A program made the translations under genes and the position numbers. Positions 17,005-24,323 of a stretch of DNA of 38,482 nt are shown piece by piece. The notes beneath the pieces were generated by a model that saw nothing but the letters and a program-made list of their open reading frames with translations, ran no database searches and had not been told where the DNA came from. Origin of the DNA: a virus; the IMG/VR virus record IMGVR_UViG_3300045988_071605, positions 1-38,482 of that record; one strand, written 5' to 3'. How positions within the stretch are numbered: the stretch's first letter is position 1; every line of letters begins with the position of its first letter.

Positions 17005-17910
17005 TCAGCCGATCAGGGCTTTCCATGTGTCGCTTCCGACTTCTCCGTCAGAAAGAATCTTTGCCGCCGTCTGAAAAGATTTGACCGCGCTTTCGGTTTT
17101 CTCGCCGAAGCTGCCGTCAACATCGACGGACATTCCGCGAAAGACCAAAAGCGTTTGCAGAGCCTTTACAGAAAGCCCCGTGTGCCCTCTTTTCAGCAGG
17201 GGAAGGGTAACGGTGCAGGTTTCCGCTGCGCCGCTTGTGGGCGCTTCTGCGGCTTCTCCGGCAGCACCGGGAATCTTCAGCACCTGCCCTGCGTGGATAA
17301 GCTCGGAAGCCAGTCCGTTCAGCGTTTTTATTTCTTTCCAGCGCGTCCCGTCGCCGAGCTGATTTGCCGCGATGCTCCAAAGAGAATCCCCGGCCTTGAC
17401 AGTGTAGGTCTTGCCCGTTCTGCCGGTTTCCTTGATCGCCGAAGAAGCGGTGTTCCCTGCGCCTGTATAGCGCAAAATGTTTGTCCACGGGAAATTTCGA
17501 TAACGGCGCTTCAGGAACTCGCCCCCGGTCTGATCTCCCGGTTTACCGCCTGTGATGCCGCCTTTTTCGTTGCCGGACGCTTCGACTTCATAGCCGTTGC
17601 CGCAATACATAGCGGTATGGTGTGTTACGTTCAAAAGCACATCACCGCGGACAAGGCCGCTGCCGGTGGAAAGGTTGATTTTGCTTGTTACATCTTCAAA
17701 GCCGCAGCGCTTGAAAACTGCAAGCATGTTGCCGGTATATGTTGCGCCGTTGCTCTTGACCGGCACACCGGCGTTTTCCCACGCCTGAATTACAGCGGCG
17801 GAACAGTCAAAATCTCCGTATTCTCCCCATCTGTAACGCTGGTCGTAACCGTGGGCGGGATCGTCCGCCCACGATTCCATTTGAGATATTGCCTTTTCAA
17901 TTACGCTCAT
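17005..17910 (-). CDS. Endolysin: N-terminal cysteine peptidoglycan hydrolase (NlpC/P60- or Amidase_5-like) + LysM + PG_binding_1
   Basis: Cys motif DFDCSAAV, His motif VTHHTAMY, GDQTGGE. LysM segment YTVKAGDSLWSIAANQLGDGTRWKEIKTLNGL...GQVLKIP. C-terminal LKRGHTGLSVKALQTLL...DGSFGEKTESAVKSFQ. Confidence 0.9.
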   Translation of the reverse strand: MSVIEKAISQMESWADDPAHGYDQRYRWGEYGDFDCSAAVIQAWENAGVPVKSNGATYTGNMLAVFKRCGFEDVTSKINLSTGSGLVRGDVLLNVTHHTAMYCGNGYEVEASGNEKGGITGGKPGDQTGGEFLKRRYRNFPWTNILRYTGAGNTASSAIKETGRTGKTYTVKAGDSLWSIAANQLGDGTRWKEIKTLNGLASELIHAGQVLKIPGAAGEAAEAPTSGAAETCTVTLPLLKRGHTGLSVKALQTLLVFRGMSVDVDGSFGEKTESAVKSFQTAAKILSDGEVGSDTWKALIG

Positions 17911-18134
17911 TCGGCGTCAGTCCCTTCGTCCTCTTCCGGACACTCTTCCGGGATACCGGCAAGGGAAGTCAGCAGCGACAGGACGCCAGCCAGCAGGGAC
18001 GCGCTGCCCACCATGAGCCAGTTTACCTCCGACATGACGGCAGTCGTGCCGATGGTAGCGACGGCGGTCTGCGCCACAGTTTTCAGCGCACGGATACCCG
18101 CCGCCTTGATCCAGTTCTTCCAACATCTTTTCAT
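17907..18134 (-). CDS. Holin (2 TM helices, acidic C-terminal tail)
   Basis: Start refined to ATG18134, 9 nt after AGGTGG. TM segments IRALKTVAQTAVATIGTTAV and WLMVGSASLLAGVLSLLTSLAGI; tail PEECPEEDEGTDAE. There is a 4-nt overlap with the endolysin start. Confidence 0.75.
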   Translation of the reverse strand: MKRCWKNWIKAAGIRALKTVAQTAVATIGTTAVMSEVNWLMVGSASLLAGVLSLLTSLAGIPEECPEEDEGTDAE

Positions 18135-18251
18135 TTGGTTTTTCCACCTTTCATAAAATATTAAAAGCAACCTGCCATCCCCTAATAATCCCCCGCGTGG
18201 AACGCAGGACTTCAGGAATGAGAAGCTGCTTTTTTACTTGATTGTGCGCAT

Positions 18252-18282
18252 GAAAAAAGGGCTTGCAATTCTGCAAACCCTT
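18252..18282 (-). terminator. Second intrinsic terminator in the spacer upstream of the holin gene
   Basis: Minus-strand AAGGGTTTGCA-gaat-TGCAAGCCCTT (one mismatch), followed by TTTTTT. Confidence 0.6.
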
Positions 18283-18367
18283 GATTTCGCTATGATTTTT
18301 TACTTGCCTGTAACTTGCAAACGCACGATTAACGCATCAAAACACACGCCGTGCGTTTTTTGGCATA

Positions 18368-18396
18368 GAAAAAGCACCGTGCGGATGCACGATGCT
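18368..18396 (-). terminator. Intrinsic terminator directly after the 84-aa gene
   Basis: Minus-strand AGCATCGTGC-atcc-GCACGGTGCT (10 bp, one mismatch) overlapping the TAA stop, followed by TTTTTC. Confidence 0.7.
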
Positions 18397-18650
18397 TAGT
18401 TATGAAACCTATATTTCGACGGAACAGCAATCTGTTTGCCTTTTTGCATTCTTTCAAAGTTGTCAGGAATAAAGAAGATTTCTGTTTTTCCGTCTGCCTT
18501 ATTCACAAAGACCGGCGAAACATCGGACACCTCGCCATCTTTCGACATTGTTCCAATGACAAACCCATTGCCAATGTCGGTTATAACATCAACATACGGT
18601 TCATTGCGAAGCTTCGTAGCAACCCCGCAAGCTCTTTCAACATCAATCAT
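18396..18650 (-). CDS. Small cytoplasmic protein, candidate immunity protein for the MuF-fused toxin domain
   Basis: 84 aa, with no TM helix or signal peptide. It lies 21 nt downstream of the toxin-bearing gene and is AT-rich like the toxin domain (about 35% GC in a 60-nt hand count). Terminators follow. Confidence 0.6.
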   Translation of the reverse strand: MIDVERACGVATKLRNEPYVDVITDIGNGFVIGTMSKDGEVSDVSPVFVNKADGKTEIFFIPDNFERMQKGKQIAVPSKYRFHN

Positions 18651-18671
18651 AATATATATAATCCTTTCAAC

Positions 18672-20273
18672 TTAATTTTGAATTATACACTGTTCAATCA
18701 AGTCTGTAAAGTCCTTATTATCAATTCGCAGCAGCCGTGTTGATGCCGGTTTTATCATGCCAGCGTTGAAATAATAGGAACAGTCCTTTTTGCTTGTCTG
18801 CGGATCAATAAACCGTGTAACTCCGTTGACCTGTTCGGCGATGAAAACATGACCGCCGCCGCCTTGCCACTGTACTCTAACGATTGCCCTTGCACCGTCT
18901 CCGTAACCAGACATCATTGATTCAATGCTCTTTTTAATTGTGGTTGATCTGCTTCCGATTGGCGTTTCAAGGCTTGCAATGCCGTCTTTATATACATTTG
19001 CCCAGCCTTTGGGATTCAACATATACGGCAGCGTGTCAGGGGCATTAAGAATGGCTTCTGAAGCCGCAACATCATAGCCCCTTCTCCGTGCTTCATACGC
19101 GGAAACACACCGCTGACAGTTTACTTGATATTGTCTGCCTGTCGAATAAAGCGGATTCGTCGTATTATAACAATCGTCAACAGTATGCGAACTTAAAACC
19201 TTTGCCGTGTCAAGTTTATCAATGCCTGTTTTCTTAATAGCAGAAGCTCCGGTTGCTGCGGTCGCTTGCGAAGCGACATTTCCTGAAGCGTTGTCGGAAT
19301 CCGTTGCAGCCTTCAGATACTTTTCCTTGTACTCTTCAAAGTTTTTCGTCTTGTCAAGCCCGAAGTATTCAGCGCGGTCTTTCAGCGTTTGCAGCTCTTC
19401 TTCACCGAGCGCCCAGCGTGCGCGTGTGTTGGACGTGCAGCGGCAGTTGACAACCTCGGCAGCGCCCCCGGAAGGATCGCCGGGGAACATCAGCCCGTTG
19501 GAAAACTTTTCGTCCAGCTCCCGAATCTCGCCGTCAACGCGCCTGTGGGAATCGCGTGTGCGCCCGTCAAGCGCAGCGTCCCATTGCTTCACAACGTCCG
19601 CGCCCTTGGCTTTTGCGGCATACTGCGCATCGCGGGAAGATGTCTGCTGTATTCTGTGGCCTTCCGTCCGAGCGATTGTTTTTGCTCTGGACAGCGGAGC
19701 GCCGGACACGTTGCCGATGTTTCGGGCAATGTCACGATAGGGGAGAGAAGAAGCAATGCCCCGGCTGATCTCATGCGTGATCGTCTTTTTGAGCTTGGCG
19801 ACATCCACGCCCAACGCATTGTAAAGCCCGTTGCTGACTTTGCTGTCTGTCAGAATCGCCTTGACCGCCTGTGCCTGATCTATCGGCGCGATGACCGGAA
19901 CGCCCTGCTTGCTTATATCGTACATTGTGCCGATATAGCCGTCTTCATAGCAGCCTTTCAGGTATTTGTCAATGGTGGCGTAGTTGTCGCCGTGGAGCTT
20001 GTCCAGAATGCCGCTGACCTGCCCCTGAAGGGCTTTCTGGTACTGCTGCTGATAAACCTTTGACCGCTTCTGCGATTGCAGCAGCGCCTTTGTGGCGTCA
20101 TCCAAGCCGTCCTGCGACAACGCTTCATCCAGCAGGTCAATGTCCGCCTGAAAGCCCTTGACTTTCTCGTTGATGTCCCGCAGCGCCCGTGCATACTGCG
20201 CTTCAAGCTCTTTGATCGCGGCTTCCTCGCTGTCAAGCAAGGATTTCTGCACTTCAATTTCCCACTTATTCAA
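18672..20273 (-). CDS. MuF / SPP1 gp7-like head morphogenesis protein fused to a C-terminal papain-fold toxin domain (Tox-PL / glutamine-deamidase-like)
   Basis: MuF motifs AKTIARTEGHRIQQ, DGRTRDSHRRVDGE, VNCRCT (aa ~195-280). Low-complexity linker aa ~325-350. C-terminal motifs NCQRCVSAYEARRRGYDV (Cys386), GGGGHVFIAEQVNGVTRFIDPQT (His475, Asp490). Confidence 0.85.
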   Translation of the reverse strand: MNKWEIEVQKSLLDSEEAAIKELEAQYARALRDINEKVKGFQADIDLLDEALSQDGLDDATKALLQSQKRSKVYQQQYQKALQGQVSGILDKLHGDNYATIDKYLKGCYEDGYIGTMYDISKQGVPVIAPIDQAQAVKAILTDSKVSNGLYNALGVDVAKLKKTITHEISRGIASSLPYRDIARNIGNVSGAPLSRAKTIARTEGHRIQQTSSRDAQYAAKAKGADVVKQWDAALDGRTRDSHRRVDGEIRELDEKFSNGLMFPGDPSGGAAEVVNCRCTSNTRARWALGEEELQTLKDRAEYFGLDKTKNFEEYKEKYLKAATDSDNASGNVASQATAATGASAIKKTGIDKLDTAKVLSSHTVDDCYNTTNPLYSTGRQYQVNCQRCVSAYEARRRGYDVAASEAILNAPDTLPYMLNPKGWANVYKDGIASLETPIGSRSTTIKKSIESMMSGYGDGARAIVRVQWQGGGGHVFIAEQVNGVTRFIDPQTSKKDCSYYFNAGMIKPASTRLLRIDNKDFTDLIEQCIIQN

Positions 20274-21735
20274 CTACATCACCATTGCCTTCGGGCTGAA
20301 TACCCCCCAGCGCGGTCTTTGCTGCCGCTGTCGGATCATCTTCCGGCGTGGGCAGCTTGTCCTTTATATCGTCGTAATCCAATGTCAAGGCTTCGCAGAT
20401 AAGCTGCATGGTCAATTCCTGCCCAAGCATGGTGGCGGCGTTCTGAATCGTCGTGATCTTCGTCTGCTGCTCCTGCGCTTTGGAAAGGTCAATCGCGGCG
20501 TTCTCCTGCGCATTGGTGATGATCTCGCGCTCGAAGTCGAAATAGACGTCCTTCTGTTCGTAGTCCGTCCCCTGTGTGTCGTTGATCTCTTTCAGCACCA
20601 GCTTCAGCAGCTTTCGCATGAACTGAAGAAGAAACGGCTGCAAGCCGTCGCACTTCAGATCAAGGTTTGCATACGCGGACTTGATCGCAATGGACGTTGT
20701 GGCGCTGGTGTCCTTCAGCGCTTCCGTGTTCACGCCCTGCCCAAAGCGGAAGATGTTCTTTTCGTCCACTTCCATCTTCGTTTTCCGGGCTTCCACGGGG
20801 ATGTCAACGGTCTTGATGTCCACGCCGCCGTCAGCGCCGTCAAGACCGATATGCTTCTTAGCTTTGATGTTCAACATCAATTCGTCAAGGTTGTCGCCCT
20901 GAAAACCGCGAACGACATACAGGGCTTCGTTTGTGTCCTGAATGTTGTTGGAAAGACCTGCGTTCATCAGATCGTAATCGTCAATCAGGTCTTTGATGGG
21001 ATTCAGACCGGAAATCTGCTTCTTGCCGTTATCCAGCCGGAAGAAAGGGATCATTCCGTAATCTTCAAAGTAGGTGTTTTCGTCGCCGTCCTTTTTGAAG
21101 ATGATGTGCGGACGCGGATTGAGATCAACGGAATCGTCTTTCACAATCGCGCCTTCGCCCTCTTGGACATAAAAAAAGGTCTGGGCTTTGTCCCAAACCT
21201 GAATGCGCTTGATCTTCTTGTTGTCCTTGCCTATGCGGTCGATGTACCAATAGATGATATAGGCGCATTTATCTTCGGTTTCTCTCTCCCGGACTTCCAC
21301 AACGCCGATGCTGTCCGCCGCCTGAAACGCCGTCCTGTCGCTTTCGTCCTTATAGGCATACATATACGCGCAGCCTGTGGAAACCGCGCCAACAAGCAGC
21401 TCTGACAGCTCTGCAACGAAGTTTTCATTCTCGTTGAAGTAGGCGTCAAGCTCCGTCTGAAGCTCCGGAATGTCGGATTTCACGAAGCCGCCGTGACCAG
21501 AAAGCATATACTGTGCTTGCTGATCCACCAGCAGCCGGAAGAACGGATGACTAATCTTGATGTTGGATTTCGTCTTATCTTCCTGTGGATTGCCGTCTGC
21601 GTCAATGAAGATGATTCTATAATCCTTTATGTCGTGGTTTCCCTCGTAGTAGCGCAAGCCCGTTCGCGCAAGCTGCTTCTTCGTGCTGGACGCATCCCGC
21701 TCTATAAAACTTTTGATTTCCTCAATGGAAAGCAT
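20266..21735 (-). CDS. Portal protein (SPP1 gp6 family)
   Basis: 489 aa. N-terminus ...LRYYEGNHDIKDYRI... and position between TerL and MuF fit the family. Confidence 0.92.
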   Translation of the reverse strand: MLSIEEIKSFIERDASSTKKQLARTGLRYYEGNHDIKDYRIIFIDADGNPQEDKTKSNIKISHPFFRLLVDQQAQYMLSGHGGFVKSDIPELQTELDAYFNENENFVAELSELLVGAVSTGCAYMYAYKDESDRTAFQAADSIGVVEVRERETEDKCAYIIYWYIDRIGKDNKKIKRIQVWDKAQTFFYVQEGEGAIVKDDSVDLNPRPHIIFKKDGDENTYFEDYGMIPFFRLDNGKKQISGLNPIKDLIDDYDLMNAGLSNNIQDTNEALYVVRGFQGDNLDELMLNIKAKKHIGLDGADGGVDIKTVDIPVEARKTKMEVDEKNIFRFGQGVNTEALKDTSATTSIAIKSAYANLDLKCDGLQPFLLQFMRKLLKLVLKEINDTQGTDYEQKDVYFDFEREIITNAQENAAIDLSKAQEQQTKITTIQNAATMLGQELTMQLICEALTLDYDDIKDKLPTPEDDPTAAAKTALGGIQPEGNGDVVE

Positions 21736-21754
21736 GGCTTTTCACCTTCCTTTT

Positions 21755-22048
21755 TTACGAAAGCCCTAATTTCAAAAGGACATAGCCAACAATGGCGGCA
21801 ACGGACAGAAGTATGACCTTCTCAACAACCATTTCCCAGCGCTTGCCGTCCCTGCCCATGAGCTTTTTTACATCGGTTTTGATCTCGGCGACATCCGCCT
21901 TGATGTGCGTTTGCTCGGACGCCATGACCGCAACAGTTTTGATCGTTTCGGTCATATATTCCTGCTTTTTAGACAGCTCATCAATTCTATGCGTGTTCGA
22001 TTTGCACCGTTCTTCCACGGCGGTCAGCCTTCTTCCGTATTCATCCAT
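21755..22048 (-). CDS. XhlA-like small membrane protein (N-terminal coiled coil + C-terminal TM anchor)
   Basis: 97 aa. RLTAVEERCKSNTHRIDELSKKQE coiled coil; C-terminal VILLSVAAIVGYVLLKLGL. The architecture resembles PBSX XhlA. Confidence 0.55.
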   Translation of the reverse strand: MDEYGRRLTAVEERCKSNTHRIDELSKKQEYMTETIKTVAVMASEQTHIKADVAEIKTDVKKLMGRDGKRWEMVVEKVILLSVAAIVGYVLLKLGLS

Positions 22049-22080
22049 GTTGTGGCACTCACTTTCACAATGTTAAAAAT

Positions 22081-23307
22081 TTAATATAGCCAGCGTTTGA
22101 CCTTGCGCCAGCCTTCCACGCCGTAACGCAGCGCTGCCATTGCGTCATCCTGAAACGGGACAGGTTCGTCAAGGTATTCGCCGGACTTATCGTCTTTTTT
22201 CCACTTCCATTGCTGCAATTCCTTGATGGTATTCACGCAATGCGGATGGACATAAATTTTACGCTGCTTCAGCCAGTCTATCTGTGCCTTGACGCTTCCG
22301 GCGCTGCCGCCCTTGTCCACGCCCTTTGCGCGGAAACCGGCTTTCTGCCACATCTTAACGCGGTCAGGCTCGGCGCTGTCGCACCACATCTGTTTATTGC
22401 GGGGAATATCTGAAGCAAGCTGGATGATCTCTGCTGTGTCCTTCTCAAAGACATAGATTTCGGACAGTATGGAAACATCGTCGTCCTTGATGCCCAGCAG
22501 CAGAAGGGCGTTTGCGTGGTTGAAGCCGAAGTCCTGACCAATGGCGATGTCGTCATAATCATTCAGATTCAGACTGACTTCTTTGATCTCCCAATTGTGG
22601 AGGATCAAGCCGCCGATCTCGCCCCATTCGCCAAGACCATAGATTCTGTAGCCTTCGGGATCGACAAGACGGCGGCGCTCCATTCTGGCGCGGTACGCTT
22701 CATCAATGAAGCGGTTCATCTGATATGTGCTGTGGTGTGTCAGTACGTTCGGATCGGGAATGTCAAAAAAGACCTTCTTGATCCAGTGATTCTTATTCAC
22801 CGGATTGAATGTCATCCGAATTTGATAAAACTGTCCGGGCGGCAGCTCGCCGCGCAGACGGTCATCTATGATCTCAACGTCTGCCTGTGTCAGCTCGGTT
22901 GCTTCCTCGCACCATACGTCCGTTAGCTTGCCGCGCTGGAATGTGATAGACTTCAGCTTTTCGCGCTGCTTATCATCGTTCATCCCCCTGAATATGATCT
23001 GATTGCCGTTGGCTTTACAGGTCAGCTTCAGAGGGGACATATTGATTTGCCAATACCGCTCTGCCTGATCGCCAAACATCCGGTATATAGCGCCTGTAAG
23101 CTCTGCAAAGGTGCTGTCACGGTTCGTTATGTCGGACTTGCGGATGCAAACAAGGTTTCGCCCTTTGTCCTGCATCAGCCGCAGGATGTAATTCTGCGCC
23201 GTGTCAACAGATTTTCCCGATCCAGCCGAGCCTTTCATAACGATATAACGCTTGTCGCTGCGGTCAACCTCTTTGAAGCAGGGATTTGCTTGTACTTTGA
23301 TATTCAC
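22081..23307 (-). CDS. terL: Terminase large subunit (PBSX family)
   Basis: Walker A GSAGSGKS near the N-terminus. 408 aa with a PBSX-type TerL sequence pattern. Confidence 0.95.
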   Translation of the reverse strand: MNIKVQANPCFKEVDRSDKRYIVMKGSAGSGKSVDTAQNYILRLMQDKGRNLVCIRKSDITNRDSTFAELTGAIYRMFGDQAERYWQINMSPLKLTCKANGNQIIFRGMNDDKQREKLKSITFQRGKLTDVWCEEATELTQADVEIIDDRLRGELPPGQFYQIRMTFNPVNKNHWIKKVFFDIPDPNVLTHHSTYQMNRFIDEAYRARMERRRLVDPEGYRIYGLGEWGEIGGLILHNWEIKEVSLNLNDYDDIAIGQDFGFNHANALLLLGIKDDDVSILSEIYVFEKDTAEIIQLASDIPRNKQMWCDSAEPDRVKMWQKAGFRAKGVDKGGSAGSVKAQIDWLKQRKIYVHPHCVNTIKELQQWKWKKDDKSGEYLDEPVPFQDDAMAALRYGVEGWRKVKRWLY

Positions 23308-23633
23308 AGCGCATCAGCCGCCTTGAAAGCTGCCATCAGCTTTGGGAACTGTGTGGCAATCCAGTCAACCATTGTTTCTTCATGTCCCCATTCATCATGG
23401 TGGAAGTTTTGATGCAAGCCGGATTCAAAAAGAAAAGCATGAATGATTTCATGCCGCAGACAGGTCTTTTTATATACTTCAAAGATTTCAAGCTCGCAGG
23501 AATCATCCTTGTCCTTGACAACTATCTTCTTCGATGTCTTATCACAATAACCATCGACTTGTTTCAAATAGCTGTCCTTCTGCGCCGTTGTAATTATGAC
23601 CGTGTACTTCGTTCCAAGAACGTCAATTTTCAT
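23304..23633 (-). CDS. Small HExxH zincin-like protein
   Basis: 109 aa with CLRHEIIHAFLFESG (HExxH followed by a downstream E). There is a 4-nt overlap with the terL start. Confidence 0.65.
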   Translation of the reverse strand: MKIDVLGTKYTVIITTAQKDSYLKQVDGYCDKTSKKIVVKDKDDSCELEIFEVYKKTCLRHEIIHAFLFESGLHQNFHHDEWGHEETMVDWIATQFPKLMAAFKAADAL

Positions 23634-23865
23634 CCGCTATAGCTCCTTTTTCAAGCCGTCCGCATTGCCTTTCAGCGCACCTGTGCGTTTCGAGCAAGCC
23701 GACCGTAAGCCACGCCTGATAATACCGGCAGTATGCGGCAGGATAGAAAGAATAATTGCCGTCAATCAGAATGTGCTTTTCTTTCTGCCTTTCCGGGCGC
23801 AGATTCCGGCGCTCATATCGTCTTTCCCTTTGCGCCTTTCTGTTCCCTTTGCTGCGGTTGCTCAT
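23623..23865 (-). CDS. Hypothetical basic protein with a Cys/His-containing C-terminal half
   Basis: ATGA start/stop overlap with terS. The N-terminus is Arg/Lys-rich; the C-terminus reads YCRYYQAWLTVGLLETHRCAERQC. No family was recognised. Confidence 0.5.
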   Translation of the reverse strand: MSNRSKGNRKAQRERRYERRNLRPERQKEKHILIDGNYSFYPAAYCRYYQAWLTVGLLETHRCAERQCGRLEKGAIADEN

Positions 23866-24311
23866 TCGTTATCACCGTAATCCACCGTGATGTTCAAATC
23901 CATGTCAACGGTCTGCTCCACTTTATCAACAAAGATTTGGTGCGCCTTGCCAAGCAGTTCGGCGGCCTTCAGGCGTTCTTTTTCGTCAGGCGCTTTCTGA
24001 ATAAGCCGCGCTTCGCTCATGTAATCGCCGACATTTTCAACAACGACAACTTCAGACTGTGATTGTCCGCGAAGAACGGATGTTAGATACCGCATCACTT
24101 CATCACTATCAGCGATCAGTTCAGCTTCCTTTTCTTTCATGCGTTCGTTTATATAGTTTTTCACGGCAAGCTTTGATAAGTTTTGCGCTCCTATCACACG
24201 CGCCGTCTTTTTGCTGTACCCGGCTCTGATTGCGGCTTGCGTCGCGTTAAGGTCAATCAGATATTCATCACAAAAGCGCTGCTGTTTTGCCGTAAGCTTT
24301 GCCACAATCAT
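23862..24311 (-). CDS. terS: Terminase small subunit (Terminase_2 / P27-type)
   Basis: LTAKQQRFCDEYLIDLNATQAAIRAGYSKKTARVIGAQNL motif. Start refined to ATG24311, after AAAGG. Confidence 0.9.
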   Translation of the reverse strand: MIVAKLTAKQQRFCDEYLIDLNATQAAIRAGYSKKTARVIGAQNLSKLAVKNYINERMKEKEAELIADSDEVMRYLTSVLRGQSQSEVVVVENVGDYMSEARLIQKAPDEKERLKAAELLGKAHQIFVDKVEQTVDMDLNITVDYGDNE

Positions 24312-24323
24312 CACCGCCTTTCG

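Noticed and set aside
16069-18156. 695-aa plus-strand ORF, the longest in the window
   Set aside because: It runs antisense to the scaffold, endolysin and holin genes, all of which have clear motifs. Its product is low-complexity (Arg/Leu/Phe-rich) with no motifs or RBS. It is a typical shadow ORF in GC-biased coding sequence.
18239-18250. TTGTGCGCA shared with the palindrome at 42-50, considered as a second recombination site
   Set aside because: A 9-nt match is roughly what chance gives in a 38-kb sequence read on both strands. The flanks do not match.
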